Positions 10,350-25,410 are shown, counted from the stretch's first letter. The stretch is DNA of 64,000 bases from Hypanus sabinus (GCF_030144855.1 NC_082732.1:22382001-22446000); one strand, 5' to 3'. The notes: generated from the letters alone by a model not told the origin. Numbers and translations are program-made.

Positions 10350-13300
10350 CTGAATAGGAAAAGGGGCCAGAGTTATATGACAGAATCCCAGCATTACTCT
10401 TTCAAAAACTCTAAACAGGCTTTTGCAGCAAACATCGTCAACACCATTCTCAGCGGAAGCAGCATATGTATGGTCACCGCCCCCCACCCCCCCACACTAT
10501 GAGCACAACTGTCAAGTGTGTGGAGTAAACATACCACAAACTAAGCTTTTAAGATATTCCAGCAGCAAGTCATCACCTGAGGATGGCATTTGTATCTCTG
10601 ATGAGAATTGAGCCTAGGCTAACTGAAGAATCCTTTACATAGAATGAAGATACAACTGTGCATGGGATCACCAGATATGGACAAGTAACTGAATATTTCT
10701 AATGCAGTAACTCAAGCTTCCTACCACAACAACATTGACGGCTTCCGGCAAAAGTGATATATTCCTGTGACCTCCCTTCCTCCCAAAAACTGTTTAAAAT
10801 TAACTTCAAGTAACAGTAATTTCAGACTCTATTCTGAGCAGGGGAAGAAAAGGGCAGAGATGGAAAGAAAAGATTCAACAATGTGCTCAAAACTTCTTGA
10901 GGAAATATGCATCCTCGCTGATTGTTGAGAATCTCTGGCCCCTTGATCGCTCACTGTGGAAAAGCAGCGTTTGGTTTGGTATCAATAATCAAATCATGTA
11001 CTCAAGCATATGGAGGTGTTGCAAAAGAGGCAAAAAGGAGATCGCCTTACAAATGACCCATTCAATTGGCTACTATCTGCTCAATTTGCTGGGCTCTATT
11101 AGCCACCTCAGAAGCCAAAGGAGGAAGAAGCAAAAAAAAAGCCTTTCTAACTCTTCAATATCTAACCCTTGAAACTTAATCAAATAGAAGACAGGTTATT
11201 CTAAGAATGTGGCCTGGAAAGCCAACTGTGGCCTATCTTTCTATAGTGCCCATTCAGGAACTCTTTTCACCAATAGCCACTACTTAGTGACCAAGTACCA
11301 TTGAGATCGAGTAGCCAAATTGCCACATGAGCAGAGATCACATAACAAGACTGCATTAGGGCTTTGAGTAATGACCTCTAAAACTAGTTCAACTTATGAA
11401 ATACAGATTATTAAGTATGGAAGGTTCCTTCTGAGTTTTGTTGCTCCTATACCACAGTATATATAATATGGCATTAGTTGTCCATGGATTTGTACGTTTC
11501 AATAACTGAGAACAAAGATGGAAAAATGAGAAGGCTTGGCAGTGTGACAGATCAATTAATCTTGATTAAACAATTTAATTGTTCAATGCCCTCTTTTCAT
11601 ATTCTGCACACAAAATTGGAAGTACAAAACAAATGGAAAGGTAAGATAGCATAACCGAGGCACAAATGGGTTATAGTGAAAGATAACAAGCAGACCCTGC
11701 TTTGCTTCCCCTTTCTGTCAGTTAAGGTACAAGTTTGTGATGGAGAGATGGAGTTGAGGCTTGTCCATAAACCAATGGGTGACAACTGTGCCATGGCATG
11801 GTTGATACTTTGACACCTCCACTTAGGTATGTTGCAAGATTCAAATGAAGCTCATCAGTACCAACTGGGAAAATAGAAAGCTACAGTAGATAACTGCTAC
11901 AGATCTGGGGGTACTACACACGAGGGGAACAAACCACTGTTGTACTTGTGCATCCAGCCTGTGACCCCTCCTTCAGAACCCCTTAGTATGTACTGAGGCA
12001 TCTTTTGAAATGGTGTGCACCAGCACTTTTTTGCTCATCTAGAAGCACACCTTGAGACAAGGCAGTAGCATCCATTCAAGTTACAAAGCAGTCATATGGA
12101 CAGATGGCCTGCACCATATTTTAGTCCTTTCCTGGGCCACTGGGGACCACAGTACAGAGTACTGAAAGGAACAGAAATACTTTTACGTACGCTCAACATA
12201 AAAGTGATATTTGCACCGTATTTTGTGAGTGCAGCCACCAAAAATATTTATTTCTCAATCCATGGCTATGCTTTAGACATTGTACATTTTCAAAATGTTA
12301 ATATTGCTGACTTTGCCAGTATTTCCTATCATCCCTAATTCTCAGAGGTCGCAAGCAATTTTCTTCAACTGGGCAGTCCTTTGAGTGGCTAAGATGTGCC
12401 CACAATCCTGTGGGTGGAATTTGCAAGGTTTAGAGTCAGTGGTGATAAATGAACAGCAGTTTATTTCCAAATGGAGCAGTTTCCACCCTCATCCATGACT
12501 GGAGGTCATGTTTTTACAGATGATGTTTGAGTAGCCTAGGAGAGTTTCGTTTCATAAACAGCACACTCAGTAGCTGCTGTGCACTGCACCACCGATGCAG
12601 GAAGTGAATGTTTAGCGTCGTGGATGGGAGCCAAGTGTATGGCTTGTCCCAAGTGGATGTGAGTATCTGCACGCATTCCAGCAAGTGCAAAGTCTGAACT
12701 TCATATCACAATCCAAACTTGCACTTTGCAAATGCTGAAAACACCCCAAGGTAGCAGAAGGTCCATCACTCACCGCAGCCATGCGCCTCACCTGTTCTTG
12801 TGGCCACAGTACTGATGACTCGCCAAGGCTCTTTCCTTTTATTTGTAGGATATGGACAGATAAGAATCTGCTGTCTATATGGGTTTACATGAAAGTCTGA
12901 CCAGCTGAGGACAGTAGATTTCCTCCTAAAGGACATCTGTGAACCACTTCAGCTTTGAAATGACAATCTGCGATTTTTATGTTTTTTGATAAAGAAATTT
13001 AATCAAGTGTTTCTCATTTTTTAAAAAAATTACACAGATATAATCTAGTACTTCTGGATTGTTAGTCCAAACTTTTGGGTTATTGCTCCTGGTAAATCCC
13101 AAGAACACTGATGATGGGTGATACTAAGGCCAGTGAACATCCAGTTAAGGTGACACGAATTTACCAATTTAGGAAAGATAATTGGTGATAATCAAGGTGA
13201 AATGACCTCACCCACTTGACCAGATTCCTTGAGACTTCTTCGGTTTGTGGTGTCAAAGTCGTGATCTCTTATGACTTTTTCCACCAGAGCTTTGCCACTT

Positions 13301-15732
13301 AGTGATCTGCACTACCTGGGTAACAGGACATACCCATCATACCCATGGACTGGTGGCGGTGGGGGGTCTGGCACTTCATCTGCAAGGTATAGTTACATCA
13401 GGCTGTTGACCGGTCTATGGGATACCCCTTCCAATGTAGATACAAATCCCTAGAAGTTCATGAGGAGCACTTTTGTAAAAAAAAATTCAGTAACTAAAAT
13501 ACCTACAAATGCAGAAAAATACCTTTCCCTTCACTTCCCAATAAATAGCTCTACAACCATGGAAATTAGTGGGATCTCATTTCCAGCAACAGCTTCATTA
13601 ATTTTATGTTCAAAAGCACTCACACAGAAGTCCCAAAACACTTAAATTAAATCTTGCCTGTCTATTTAATTCAGAACCACTGAATTAAAAAAGTGAGATC
13701 TAACCCATTAATTGCTCTTTCCTCTCTGCAAATGCAATCAGACCTAACATGTTCTTCTTTTATTCTGTGAATACTGAAGACAATTATAGCGTGATTAACT
13801 TAATGGTTATGATCTGCTAACTCACCCGACTATTCTCCACCATTTTCTTTATTCATGAGACTCTGAATTGAGTCACTAAACAACTAGTATCAATAGGAGT
13901 TGTGACCTAACTCTATACAGACCATCTCAAAACTTGGAATCTTTGCCTTTGTCAGTCAGTTCTAATCTCAACAGTACTTAATTAGTGCTGGGACTTCCTA
14001 AAGAAGATGGTGCCAGCAAACAATGCAATCAAAGGGCGACATCCTCCAGAAGGTTCACAAAACTACTTCTTTCACATCTTTTTCTTTATTTTTTTCTTTC
14101 AAGTGTGGTTCTGCTACTGATGGAGCCTGTGATCTACATTAGGGTAGCGTGTTTTCAGGCCTATTGAGCAAACTGGCACTTTCCTGTCCTCAAGGGCGTT
14201 CTAGGAGTCTTCAAGCAAAGTATATGGCTTCGAGGCCAAGAATCCTGGAGACAGGGCACAAGCCTGTCATCAGCTTCATTTCATTGAGGAGAGTGGGTGG
14301 TCAGCTCCATCTCCCAGCCTGTCGCTCACTGCTGCCGGAGGAAGGTGTCTGTGTTCTAATGGTATCGCTCTCCCTCGATGCTGGAGTTCTGGGTTTTGGG
14401 CAAGGTTTAATCAACGTGGTTTGTGGATAGGACTCTGTAGTTCACACTATGATATGTTTTGTTTCTGGTCGCTTTTTTGGCCATTTTGAATCAGAGCAGC
14501 CTGCATGTAACAAACACTGAACTGAATATGCCTGGACTCTTTTGATTTTGTGTTTTATATTCTATGTTTTTTACTCCTTTTTTGTTGCCGTTTGCACGAT
14601 TTGTTCGTTTTGTTTTGGGGGGGTGGTTTGATGCTTTTCTTTGAACAGGTTCCATGCTAATTTGTGGTTGGCTGTATAATGCATACATTGATAATAAATG
14701 GACTTTGAATCTTTGAACCAGGAGAGAAATTGTCAAGGAACATCAAAAGCAGAACTGAATGTTCTCTTGCACCCAACTCACTGCCTGCCATACATACTGG
14801 AACAAATACTGACGTTACCTGTTCAACTGCAACAATAATTGATTTTCTCTTTTTGTTTAGATTTTTTTAAATTCTATTCCAATGATTGGAAAGAGTTTTG
14901 CATGCTCTGCTTTTTGTTAATGTTTCCTTCCTGCATTTGTTCCAACTCTTCCGTCAGACAGATTATTGATTGTGTGAAATCCAGCTGGCAAGCACTTCTA
15001 GAGTTCATTCTGGTTTTCTCTTTCACAGGAAAACTTCATCAGCAAATAACCTCGACTGTATTTGACTCTGGATAGGTATTTGCTGAATCAAATGTATTTC
15101 CAGAAAAAGTGTCTAATTATATGACTCTATGCTTGCATAATAAATGGTAATAAAATATGAACCTGAACCATCAAATTCAGTTTTAGCTTTCTGCATGTAG
15201 CAATGAGTGTAATATCTCTTGCAGGTGGAATGGAAAAAGGGAGAAAATGCTGTGTTACAGAATCCCCATGAACAACTATAATAATGGACATCTTTTAAGT
15301 CAATAAGTTATTCAAAGCATTTTAAAGGAATAATCAGACCAAGATAGGCTTCCAATGGGGTATGATTCAAAGATTTAGAACAGACACAGAGACAGAAACT
15401 GAAAAGAAAGCTTCTGATTTTAATAAAATGGTGTCGTCAGAACAGAGTTAAGCATCAAAAAAGGATGTAAGTTCTGTGGATAGCCTGTTTAATCAATGAG
15501 AACAGCCAGGGAAAAGGCTGGAATCCAGTGGGATTCATAAATACATAATGTTGAGATAGATTTGAAAGCAATGGATATGGCCTTCTACATATTTAACTGG
15601 TGCAGTAAATGACTAAAGACAAACCAGCTTACATGTTAAGTCTGATTCCATTGCTTCAAATAATATAATCATGGACAAAAATGAAAATACTAAAGGGACC
15701 ATGCATAAACTCTAAGGAGAATGAGTTATTAC

Positions 15733-15823
15733 TTTCAGGTCTCGGCCTGAAACATCGACAGTGCTTCACCTTATAGATGCTGCCTGGACTGCTGTGTTCC
15801 ACCAGCATTTTGTGTGTGTTGTT
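15733..15823 (+). mobile_element. Truncated Penelope-derived mini-element
   Basis: Same arm sequence as the other copies. 11-bp TSD TGAGTTATTAC at 15722-15732 and 15824-15834. Confidence 0.8.
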
Positions 15824-17774
15824 TGAGTTATTACATTATGGAAGGAAGGTAAGCCCTTGCAGATACTGTATATTGTGGATTTAACTTGAGGCATACAAAT
15901 AAAAGCAAAGCGACAGAAGAGACATTGAAAAAAGCGGCACTGATGTACCTACCCTCTCAGATTATCTTTATCTGCATGCAATTAAGGAAAAGATTGCTGG
16001 GACCCCCCGGAACACCTGATTTTTGGATAGAAGGGTATTAAGTGGAGGGCCAAAAAAACTCAACAGTAAGACAAAGGTATTTCAGAATATAGATTGACAT
16101 TAACAAAAATGTTAACAGTGACATAAAATTAGAATCAAATTGGAGATGGTTCAATTCATCTTCAGGGTCAAGGATGCGTCCATCTCTATGTCGTGGGTCC
16201 TGAACTGTTTGAGGAAGGAAAGATGGAACTTGCAGATTCTGGTAAGTGAGGGGTGCATGCTCTTTTCACTGCGTGCTCAGCCTGCTCTTTCCTGATAGAG
16301 GATCTCACTAACGTTCCAAATGCTCCACAATCACAGACAAGAAACTTGGCAGATTGAAGTGGATGTCACACTTTTTCCAAGGAAATTTTGGAACATCTTT
16401 ATCGTACTTCCTCAGTCCACATGATAATCTCCTTCCCTACCAATGCATTTACATAATTTTGTCGAACTCACATACAACCTGTCCAATCCAGTACAGAGAT
16501 ATTTCATGGTATTATGCATAACAGCATAAGAAATAGAACTAAGCCATTCAGTCCTCACTAATGCTTCACCATTTAATAAGAAAATGGCTGATCTTTCATC
16601 TCAGCACCACTTTGATACACTTAATATTCAAAATCTATTAATCTCCAGCTAGAATATACTCAGTGACTGAGCCCTTGACTGCAGAATTCTGAAATTTCTT
16701 TGGCGCTCTCTCCCTTTATTGAGACATTGACATCTCTGGTGCAAAACAAAGAATTTCACACCATTTAAGTCAGTGATAATAAATCTGATTCTGAAAATTA
16801 CTCTTGTGCTCAAAATGCCAACAAATTTGTCTTCCTAATTGTACTACACACACGATAATTCAGTGATCTTAGTGCACAGAGTTCATCAGGAGATGTGAGG
16901 GCAGGTGCAAACTGGATTCTGCGATCAGTAGCAGGTGAATGGAACTGCCCTAAGAGACGGCTATTCAGCCCATGAAGTTTGTGCTGTAAGGAAATGAGAA
17001 CAGCCAGGTTCCTCTGAATGTTCTAAGAGCATTTTCCAACTCTTACTCACTAGATATTCCCAATAATTGTACCATATTGTACTTTTTCCTTCATGGTTGC
17101 CAGAACCACTGCACAGACAGGCTGGTTAGAAGCCTGCACATATAACTGAATGGCACCATAAGACAATAATGAATGTGGGGGTGAGGGGATCAGAATGCAA
17201 GAGACATTGAACATGCAGTATGATAAAAACCAAAGTGAATTAAAAATTAAAATTTTACCCATCCCATAAGCAGCCATTAATCCTGGAAGCACATATTGAG
17301 ATTTCACGTGATATTAGTAAGTTGGACTGGTGAACCAGTTACAGATTCGATTGATTACCGTCAGACTCAAAATGTATACCATCAGTGGCAGTTTGTAACT
17401 CATACTTAATAATTATATTCCTATAAATCAATTGATATTACAAAGCAAATGTTCCATATTCTTGCAATCCAGAAATTGTAGTTAAGTGGCCTGCACACAA
17501 AGTCAAGAATGAGGACAAGATGGGAGAATACTATGTTTTAGAGGTGCTTATCACAACTTTTATACGTTAGCAACCTAGAGCTTATTGATGCCTATATTTA
17601 CAACAAACCATACCACTGCTTCCCATCTTTGACATTCGTGAACCAAACCAGCGACTGATGTTCACTAACAGCGTCATTAAGAATTCTAGTTGGGATCTCC
17701 ACAGTCAGTCATATTGCCTTGACAAATTTGAGCAAATAAGTGCCTGGAATTATACTCGCCCTCAACTCTATGCT

Positions 17775-18520
17775 TTGCACGAGGATTGCTTCCTCCGTAA
17801 TTCCCTTGTAATTCATCGCTCCCCATTAATCTTCCACCTGGCGCTTACCTCTGCAAGCGATCAAAGTACTACAACAACCCATTCACCTCTATTCAGGGCT
17901 CCAAACAGTCTTTCCAAATGAGGCAACACTTCACCTGTGAATCTGCTGAGGTTGTCTATTGTGTCTGGTGCTCCTGATGCTCCCCTCCATTGGTGAGACC
18001 CGTCATAAATTGGGGGTCTGCTTTGTCGAACACCTGTGCTCTATCCGCTAAAAAGCAGAACATTCCGGTGGCCAAATATTTTAATTCCAATTTCCATTTT
18101 GACATGTCAGTCTGGGCAGCCTTCAACCTGATGGCATGAATATCAATTTCTCCTGTGATAAGAAAAATTCCATTCCCCTCTCCTCTTCTTCTATTTCTCA
18201 CTCTGGCCTCTTATCTCTTCTTATCTGCCTACCTCTTCCTTCCCTTTATCCTTTGACCCACTCTCCTCTCCTATCAGATTCCTTCCTCTCCAACCCTTTA
18301 TCTTTTCCACTCACCTAGCTTCACCCATTACCTTCCAGCTATCCTCCTTTCCCTCTCCTCACATTTTCATTCTGGCATCTTCCCCTTCCTTTCTAGTCCT
18401 GAAGAAGGGTCTCAGTCCGAAAGGTTGAATGTTTGTTTATTCCCATGGATGCTGCCTAATCTGCAGCATTTTGTGTGCGCATTGCTTTGGACTTCCAGCA
18501 TCTACAGAATTTCTCATGTC
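17775..18520 (+). mobile_element. Penelope-like element 3' fragment (GIY-YIG endonuclease remnant plus terminal region)
   Basis: Decayed RQHFTCESAEVVYCVWCS...GETRHKLG..FVEHL, a pyrimidine-rich tract, then a degenerate hammerhead core ctgaaga...ccgaaa at 18399-18422. Confidence 0.8.
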
Positions 18521-19335
18521 TAGAATTATTGTAACCCACGCTGTGAAACAGTGGTAGGGAAAAACAGAGCACATTATTGTTGTATTGTATTTGAACTATT
18601 GTTGCATTGGAAACGTTATCTTTCAAGGCCTGGGAGGATCAAATGCCACACAAGCAGCTCAATTACAAGATCAACACTTACTTGACAACGGACTGGAACC
18701 CTCTCAGTTTCCTCCATTTTGTTTCTGACAGCACACTCTGGGATGGTCTCACACCTACCACTTTTCAAAATTTGAGCTTATCTAAAAATCTCCTGTCTGA
18801 GCAAACGTTAAATTGTTTTGTGAGCTTGCTGCACTTTGAGCTTGAGAATACAGAGGTACCACCATTCCTCCGATCTGGCTTATTACACAGCGCCCATTTT
18901 AATCACGGCACTACTTACTAACCTAGCTTCTACTGGTGTGGAATTTCTTTACGATGCTTTCTAGCTGCATACCTCTCTAACCTATTTTAAAGCGTTCCTT
19001 AGAATTACCTTCTTTATCAAGCTTTTGATCACAAATTAATGTAACAATACTTTTAACACTTGCACTAACGTGTCATCAAATTTTAACTGGTAATGCCCAA
19101 GTGCCAATGCATAATTTGTTATGTTAAATATAAACAGATAGAATTCAAAACACACTTGCTGCACTTTTCTGCAAAATTGTTTACACCTCATATCCATTTG
19201 TTAAATGAACATGTAGCAACAGAGATAACCCTCTGAATATGCAGCCCACAGCATCTTGCACAAAATTTAAAATCCTGTTTCTGCAATTGTATCTCCTGGC
19301 TTAAAAATTTGGAACACCCCCCTCAAGTAAACTGT

Positions 19336-20515
19336 ACTAGACATTGGCTTTGTGGGAGAAGCCACTCTCTGGTCGTAGAGGTTTGCTCTGACTGGAGGCC
19401 TGTGACTAGTGGTGTGCTGGGTCCATTACTGTTTGTCACCTATATCAACAACCTGGATGACAATGTGTTAAACTGGGTCAGCAAACCTGCGGTTCATACC
19501 ACGATTGGGGGCACAGTGGATAGTGAGGAAGGTTATCAAAGCTTGCAGCTGGAAAATAGCAGATGGAATTTAATGCAGACCGGTGTGAGGTGTGCACTTT
19601 GGAAGGAATTCTCAGGGTAGGACTTACACAGTGAGAAGTAGGGCAAGTTAGAACAGAGGATCTGTGAATACAGATCCATAACTCCTTGAACGTGGCACCA
19701 CAGGTAGATAGGGTCATAAAGAGCCTTCATAAATCAAAGTACTGATTATGGGAGCTGGGATCACAAATGAGGAAATCTGCAGAAGCTGGAAATCCAAACA
19801 ACACACACAAAATATTGGAGGAACTCAGCAGGCCAGGCAGCATCTATGGAAAAGTGTACAGTCGATGTTTCAGGTGCTGAAGGGTCTCAGCTCGAAACGT
19901 CGACTGTGCTCTTTTCCACAGGTACTGCCCGGCCTGCTCAGTCCCTCCAGCACTTTGTTGACAGGAGTTGGGATGTTATGTTGAAGCTGTACAAGATATT
20001 GGTGAGGCCTAATTTGGAGTACTGTATGCAATTCTGGTCAGCCAGCTACAGAAAGGATATCAATATCATTGAAAGAGTGCAGAGAAAATTTACAAGGATG
20101 TTCACGAGGACTTGGGGGTCTGAGTTATAGAGAAAAATTAAACAGGTTAGAACTTTATTCCCTAAAATGTAGAAGGTTGAGGAGAGATTTGATAGAGGTA
20201 TACAAGATTATGAGGGGTATAGACAGAATAAGTGCAAGTAGGCTTTTTCCACTGAAGTTGGGTGAGACTAGAACTGAAGATCAGGATGAAGGGTGAAAGG
20301 TGAATTGTTTAAAGTGAACATGAGGGGTAACCTCTTCACTCAGAGAGTGGTGAGGGTGCGGAACAAGCTGCCAGTGGATGCGTGTTTGGTTTAAGATGGT
20401 AGCGGTATGGAGGGCAGCGGTCCAAGTGCAGGTTGATGGGACTATGCAGAATAACAGTATGGCACGGACTAGATGGGCCAAAGGGCCTGTTTCTCTGCAG
20501 CGTTCCATAACTCTT
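19336..20515 (+). mobile_element. CR1 LINE fragment with nested fold-back mini-element
   Basis: SGVLGPLLFVTYINNLD, LVRPNLEYCMQFWS and RRDLIEVYKIMRG fragments. Confidence 0.88.
19762..19960. mobile_element. Penelope-derived fold-back mini-element inside CR1
   Basis: Inverted arms around gaagggtctcagctcgaaacgtcgac. Flanked by ggagctgggat / ggagttgggat. Confidence 0.78.
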
Positions 20516-21859
20516 AGCACTATCCACTCCTTAACAGGATGAAGGTCATGTTCTTGGTTCACTGTTTTAAAATTTAAAAAGGCAGGTCCTACTACACTGT
20601 GAAGCATGCAGCCAACTCAATTGGCTCAGTGCCTGCATGGTTTAAGAACCCAGTAAGGGCTCTCTCTTTACAATGTTACTCTGATTTTCTACAAGCTTCC
20701 TTAAACCAAACGACCACAACTGCCAACTCAACTAGCGTTTCTGGTGAATTATCCACCCAGACTTTTCAGGGTCTTTATAAAAGGCTAAAAAGTTAAACAG
20801 CACCCTACCACCCACAGTTTCTTGCTCAATGTAACTCCAGATTGCCTTTAATTTTTCAACCTTATCACACCATAAGAAAAACAGGCCGGTATTTTAGACG
20901 TATCAGGGAAAGGGCAGACATGCAACTACTTGAAAATGTTGATTAGAGATATAACCACGTATATTCTCAACTACCAACCCCCAACACATTCTATGTATTG
21001 TGACATGGTACCTTGGCAAGTTCATGATCTCCAATGTGGCCTTGAACATAGCTAAAATGATCTATTTAATTACATTTTTGATAAAATACGGAACAAAATA
21101 AAGTTCAGATTTCCGCAGTATATCAGTGTTTGAATAAATTTGAACCTTGAATGAATACAAGCATTCCCAAGGCTTTAAGTAGGACCAAACGGACTCCAAG
21201 CACTACAATTTAATGTAATGATATCAAAGGATGAGTCAATTTTTGACATAGCACGTTGCTTGCCGGTTCCAGCGTCAGACACAGAACTCACTACATGCCC
21301 CATTTAAAAATGAAGTAATTCTGTTGCCATATGGTTAGATATATAGTGGTGTCACTTTATCAATAGGCAGATCGAGCAACAAATACGATTACTAAACCCC
21401 ACTGCATTCAAGCAAAAAAGTAAACATGATATTTTAAAATACTCAGCGGGTCAAGCAAAGCCTGTGGGAATAGAAGCAGTTGATTTCTCAGATCGATATC
21501 CTTTGGTTCAGAAACGCCAATTACGTCGCTCTCTCTCCCTCCCTCTCTCTCTCACACATACTGCTTAACCTACTGGGTACTTGCAGCATTTGCAGTTTTG
21601 TTTTCTGAACGCGAGAAACACTTCCTCATTCTCTCACAAACACACACACACCACTCTCTCGCGGTTCACAACAACATCTTGTGACTTACTCCTTTCTGAA
21701 AGCCCGTTTTTCTCCCGCCACCTTATTCCCTCGAAGCCGCCTGACACACTGACAGAGTCATTTTACCCCCAACACACTCCGCTCCTGCCAAACTCTTCCT
21801 GCATTTTAAACCGTGTACCGTGGAATCTCTCTGAGCTGTCACTCCCTTCTTTCAAACGA

Positions 21860-22400
21860 CCTCCCGATCGTACCTGTAGCCTCGGTTGGTGGCTCTCGGT
21901 GGTATTCTGTACACGTGAACCTCCGGCTTCACACACAGCACCGACTCATACTCGCTCTCCGCCATTTTACCGTCTACCGAATACCGAGGGGATTCAATTC
22001 CGACGCACCCGACAGCCACAAGGTATAGTGGGATATCGGAGGAGGAGCCCGCTGCATCACGGGACATTATGCCTCGCCATCTGCAGAAGGTCGGTGGGCG
22101 GTGTCACTGTACCCTATAGCGTGACGGACTGTGGTGGAGGCACCGCCCATTGAGGTCCCCCTGTCGTCATGGGAGACCGCAGGAGACGTTAGCCGGAGCG
22201 GTATTACCGTGGCAGGACGGATTATTGGAGTACCTCCGGCCGATTAAAGCGTTACTCCCCGGGGAAGCTTCAGAATATAGAAATTATAAGCATTGTCACG
22301 ATGGGACAACTGCAGTTAGCGTGCATAGAGACGAGGTACGTTGATGAGTTTTGTTGGTGCTACCAACACTCGAAGCGTGCAAGGGAACCGCGACGGGTTG
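21860..22400 (-). promoter_or_regulatory. CpG-rich NECAP2 promoter / first-exon region
   Basis: Local CpG enrichment against a CpG-depleted background, centred on the start codon. Boundaries approximate. Confidence 0.7.
21874..21965 (-). CDS. NECAP2: NECAP2 coding exon 1 ([31 protein letters not shown])
   Basis: ATG in aaaATGG context, gtacga donor, 92 bp. Called NECAP2 rather than NECAP1 from [31 protein letters not shown] and adjacency to SZRD1. Confidence 0.95.
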
Positions 22401-24076
22401 TCATTCCCTCACTATAAAATCACAAAGACAGAAAAAACATGAGTCTGTTATCTTGCCTTAATATTCCACGATCCCTACATCAAGATCATGGCTGTACCAC
22501 TGTTCCTGTCGAGTTCCTTCTTCCATTCTCACAAATCCCAACACTGCTTTGACAATTTTTTTAAAATGTTCTTATGCGTCTTTGTTCATGGCAGTCATTT
22601 GAAAATCTCAGGACGTAGTGGCCAGCTGGTGCATTTGTTTTTAGGTATAGAATAAATAGCATCAGAAACTTTTAAAGTTATTTAATTCACGTTTATCCTC
22701 GCGTTCATTAACATAACATACACTAGGCATCCTTTCAAGGTTGGGTTATTGTTTGTTGGCAGAGATTTTGTTTTTGCAAACATCTTTTAGGCAGTAATCC
22801 GCCTTGAATCAAAAGATGGGCCTGTATGGTTTACTTAAGTTTCCCCCCCCCCTTTAAAACTTTAATTTCAACAACTGATTTTTTAAAGATTGGCTCTGAG
22901 TTTTGTATAAAGCAATGTAGGAACAAGACAGCTCCAGATTTATACATTTTCCTTTTTAAATAAAACTATGCCGAATTGCTATCCTATGGTCGGCATAGAA
23001 TAAAGATGTTTGATTGAAAATTGTTCTAAATGGGTACTGGATAAATGATTCAGTTAATAGATGTATAGTTTATCATTTGTTACCAAATCATAGACCACAA
23101 ATGCGTACATCCTCTGCGGGTTAGCTGATCTGCAGCAGACAGCAACTATAGTTGCTTTCAAATGATCTACATTTCAGATTTCTTTCCCCTCTCGCTCCTC
23201 ATCCAATTTTCTTTGTCTATAGAGCAACTTTCTAGTTGACTGGTGTGAAAATTCTTTAGTATCCACCCAATCTTCAACCAAACTTTTAGCCACTTTCCAT
23301 CATCATCCTTACTACCTTTAATTTAACTTAGCATAATCAGTTCAGTCATCTAAATATTCTTAGCAATAAGGCAGCTTTACATCATCCAATTCAGACAACT
23401 CTCAACATGGTGGCAACAAACCGTAGACACTGGAGCGAAAATGATAAAACAAACAAGCCGCTAGGGAAACTGAGTAGTCACGCAACTTCTGTGGAGACCG
23501 AGATTAGAAACATTAACCATTCCATTACTACCACAGATCCTACTTGACCCCCAGTAGCCTGTTGTTGTACAACTGTTCCAATGCATTCTAACAGCTAGAA
23601 GTGTTGTCTAACCAGTAAATCTCAAATGTCCAAATGCCTTAAAACCTGCGCGTAAATTTTTAGTCACCTCATCTGTGACTGAATGCAAAGTTGGGTTTGA
23701 TGTTTTACATGTTGAAGCCTCTTGGGATTTTATATAGATGCAAACCATGGTTGACTTTTGGTACTTAGGTACAAGATAAACAGGAGAATCAGATGTCACA
23801 CTGGCGAATTCACGTGAAAGATCAAACAGGTATGGAAGTTATAGGAAATGATCAAAAATCTTTTTGCCATTAATCAATCCAAATGCTGCTTTTAATTAGT
23901 TTTAGAACATTGACAGCTTTAAATGAAGCTGAATCCAGACAGAGCAACACAAATTTTAAACTCCTGAAAATACGGTGTTAGATTTCATTATTTGTAATGA
24001 TGAGTAAACTTTTCATACACTATTTGAGATCTTCCATAGGAAACTTTCAAAGTGGTTTAAGTAGAAAATTTAAAAA

Positions 24077-25410
24077 CTAGAGTAACCACTTTATTAAATA
24101 CCTCCTGTGCCTAATAAAGTGGTCACTTAGTGTTTGTCGTGTTCTGCTGCTGTAACCCATCCACTTCAAGGGTTAACAACTGTGTTTAGAGATGCTCTTC
24201 TGCACTATTGTAAAGCATGGTTATTTGAGTTACTGTTACTTTCCGGTCAGTTTGATCCAGTCTGGCCATTCTGTTCTGATCTCTCGCATTAACAAGTCTT
24301 TTTTTTTTGCCCACAGAACTGCTGCTCACTGGATTTTTTATTTATTTGTCCACACTATTCTCTAATATCCATAGACTGTCGTGCGTGAAAATCCCAGGAA
24401 ATCAGCAAGTCTGTGCAGATTGGTGATAACAAATCCTCCTCGCTGACAATCAACACTGGTTGTGGAGCTGATTGTGGACTTCAGGAAGGGCAAGATGAAG
24501 GAGCACATACCAATTCTCATGGAGGGATCAGAAGTGGAGTGAGCGAGCAGCTTCACGTTCCTCTGTCAAGATCTCTGAGGATCTAACCTGGTCCCAACAT
24601 ATCCATGTAGTCATAAAAAAGACAAGACAGGCTATATTTTATTAGGAGTTTTAAGAGATTTGGCATGTCAACAAACACACTCAAAAACTTCTATAGTTGT
24701 ACCATGATGAGTACATCACTGGCTGCATCACTGTCTGGAGGGGCTACTGCACAGGACCGAAAGAAGCTGCAGAGGGTTGTAAATCTAGTCAGCTCCATCT
24801 TGGGCACTAGCCTACAAAGTACTCGGGACAACTTTAGGGAGCAGTGTCTCAGAAAGGCAGTGTCCGTTATTAAGGACTCCAGCACCCAGGGCATGCCCTT
24901 TTCTGTTACCATCAGGTAGGAGATACAGAAGCTTGAAGTCACACACAGTCAGTGATTCAGGAACAGCTTCTTCCCCTCTGCTATCCAATTCCTAAATGGA
25001 CATTGAAGCTTTGGACACTACCTCACTTGTTTTACTATACAGTATTTTTTTTACATTTTAAAAAAATATATTCAATATACGTAATTGATTCACTTTTGTA
25101 TTTTACTTTTTTTCTCTCTGCTAGATTATGTATTGCATTGAACTGCTTCTGCTAAGTTAACAAATTTCTCATCACATGCTGGTAATAAACCTGATTCTGT
25201 GATACTCAAACCACCCCATCTGGCACCAGCAGACATTCCACGGTCAAAGTCATATAGATCACATTTCTTCCTCATTCTGATGTTTGGTCTGAACAATAAC
25301 TGAGCCCCTTGTCCATGTCTGCTTGCTTTTATGCATTGAGTTGCTCCCACGACTGGCTGATTAAATACCTCATTATTGAGCTACTGTACCTAAAGTGGCA
25401 ATTAAATGTA
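24077..25410. mobile_element. Older Tc1/mariner-like copy split by a Rex1 insertion
   Basis: ccactttatt...aataaagtgg terminal palindrome. Same family as 42589-44293. Confidence 0.68.
24410..25198 (+). mobile_element. Rex1/Babar-like LINE 3' fragment nested in a Tc1-like element
   Basis: ELIVDFRK, TLKNFYSCT and AQDRKKLQRVV motifs, aataaacctgattctg tail. Confidence 0.82.

Noticed and set aside
436-21965. Calling the gene NECAP1
   Set aside because: A few residues are NECAP1-like ([11 protein letters not shown]), but most diagnostic positions and the SZRD1 linkage indicate NECAP2.
21581-22153. 190-aa plus-strand ORF antisense to NECAP2 exon 1
   Set aside because: Non-ATG start, low-complexity composition, overlaps the CpG island, no recognisable domain.
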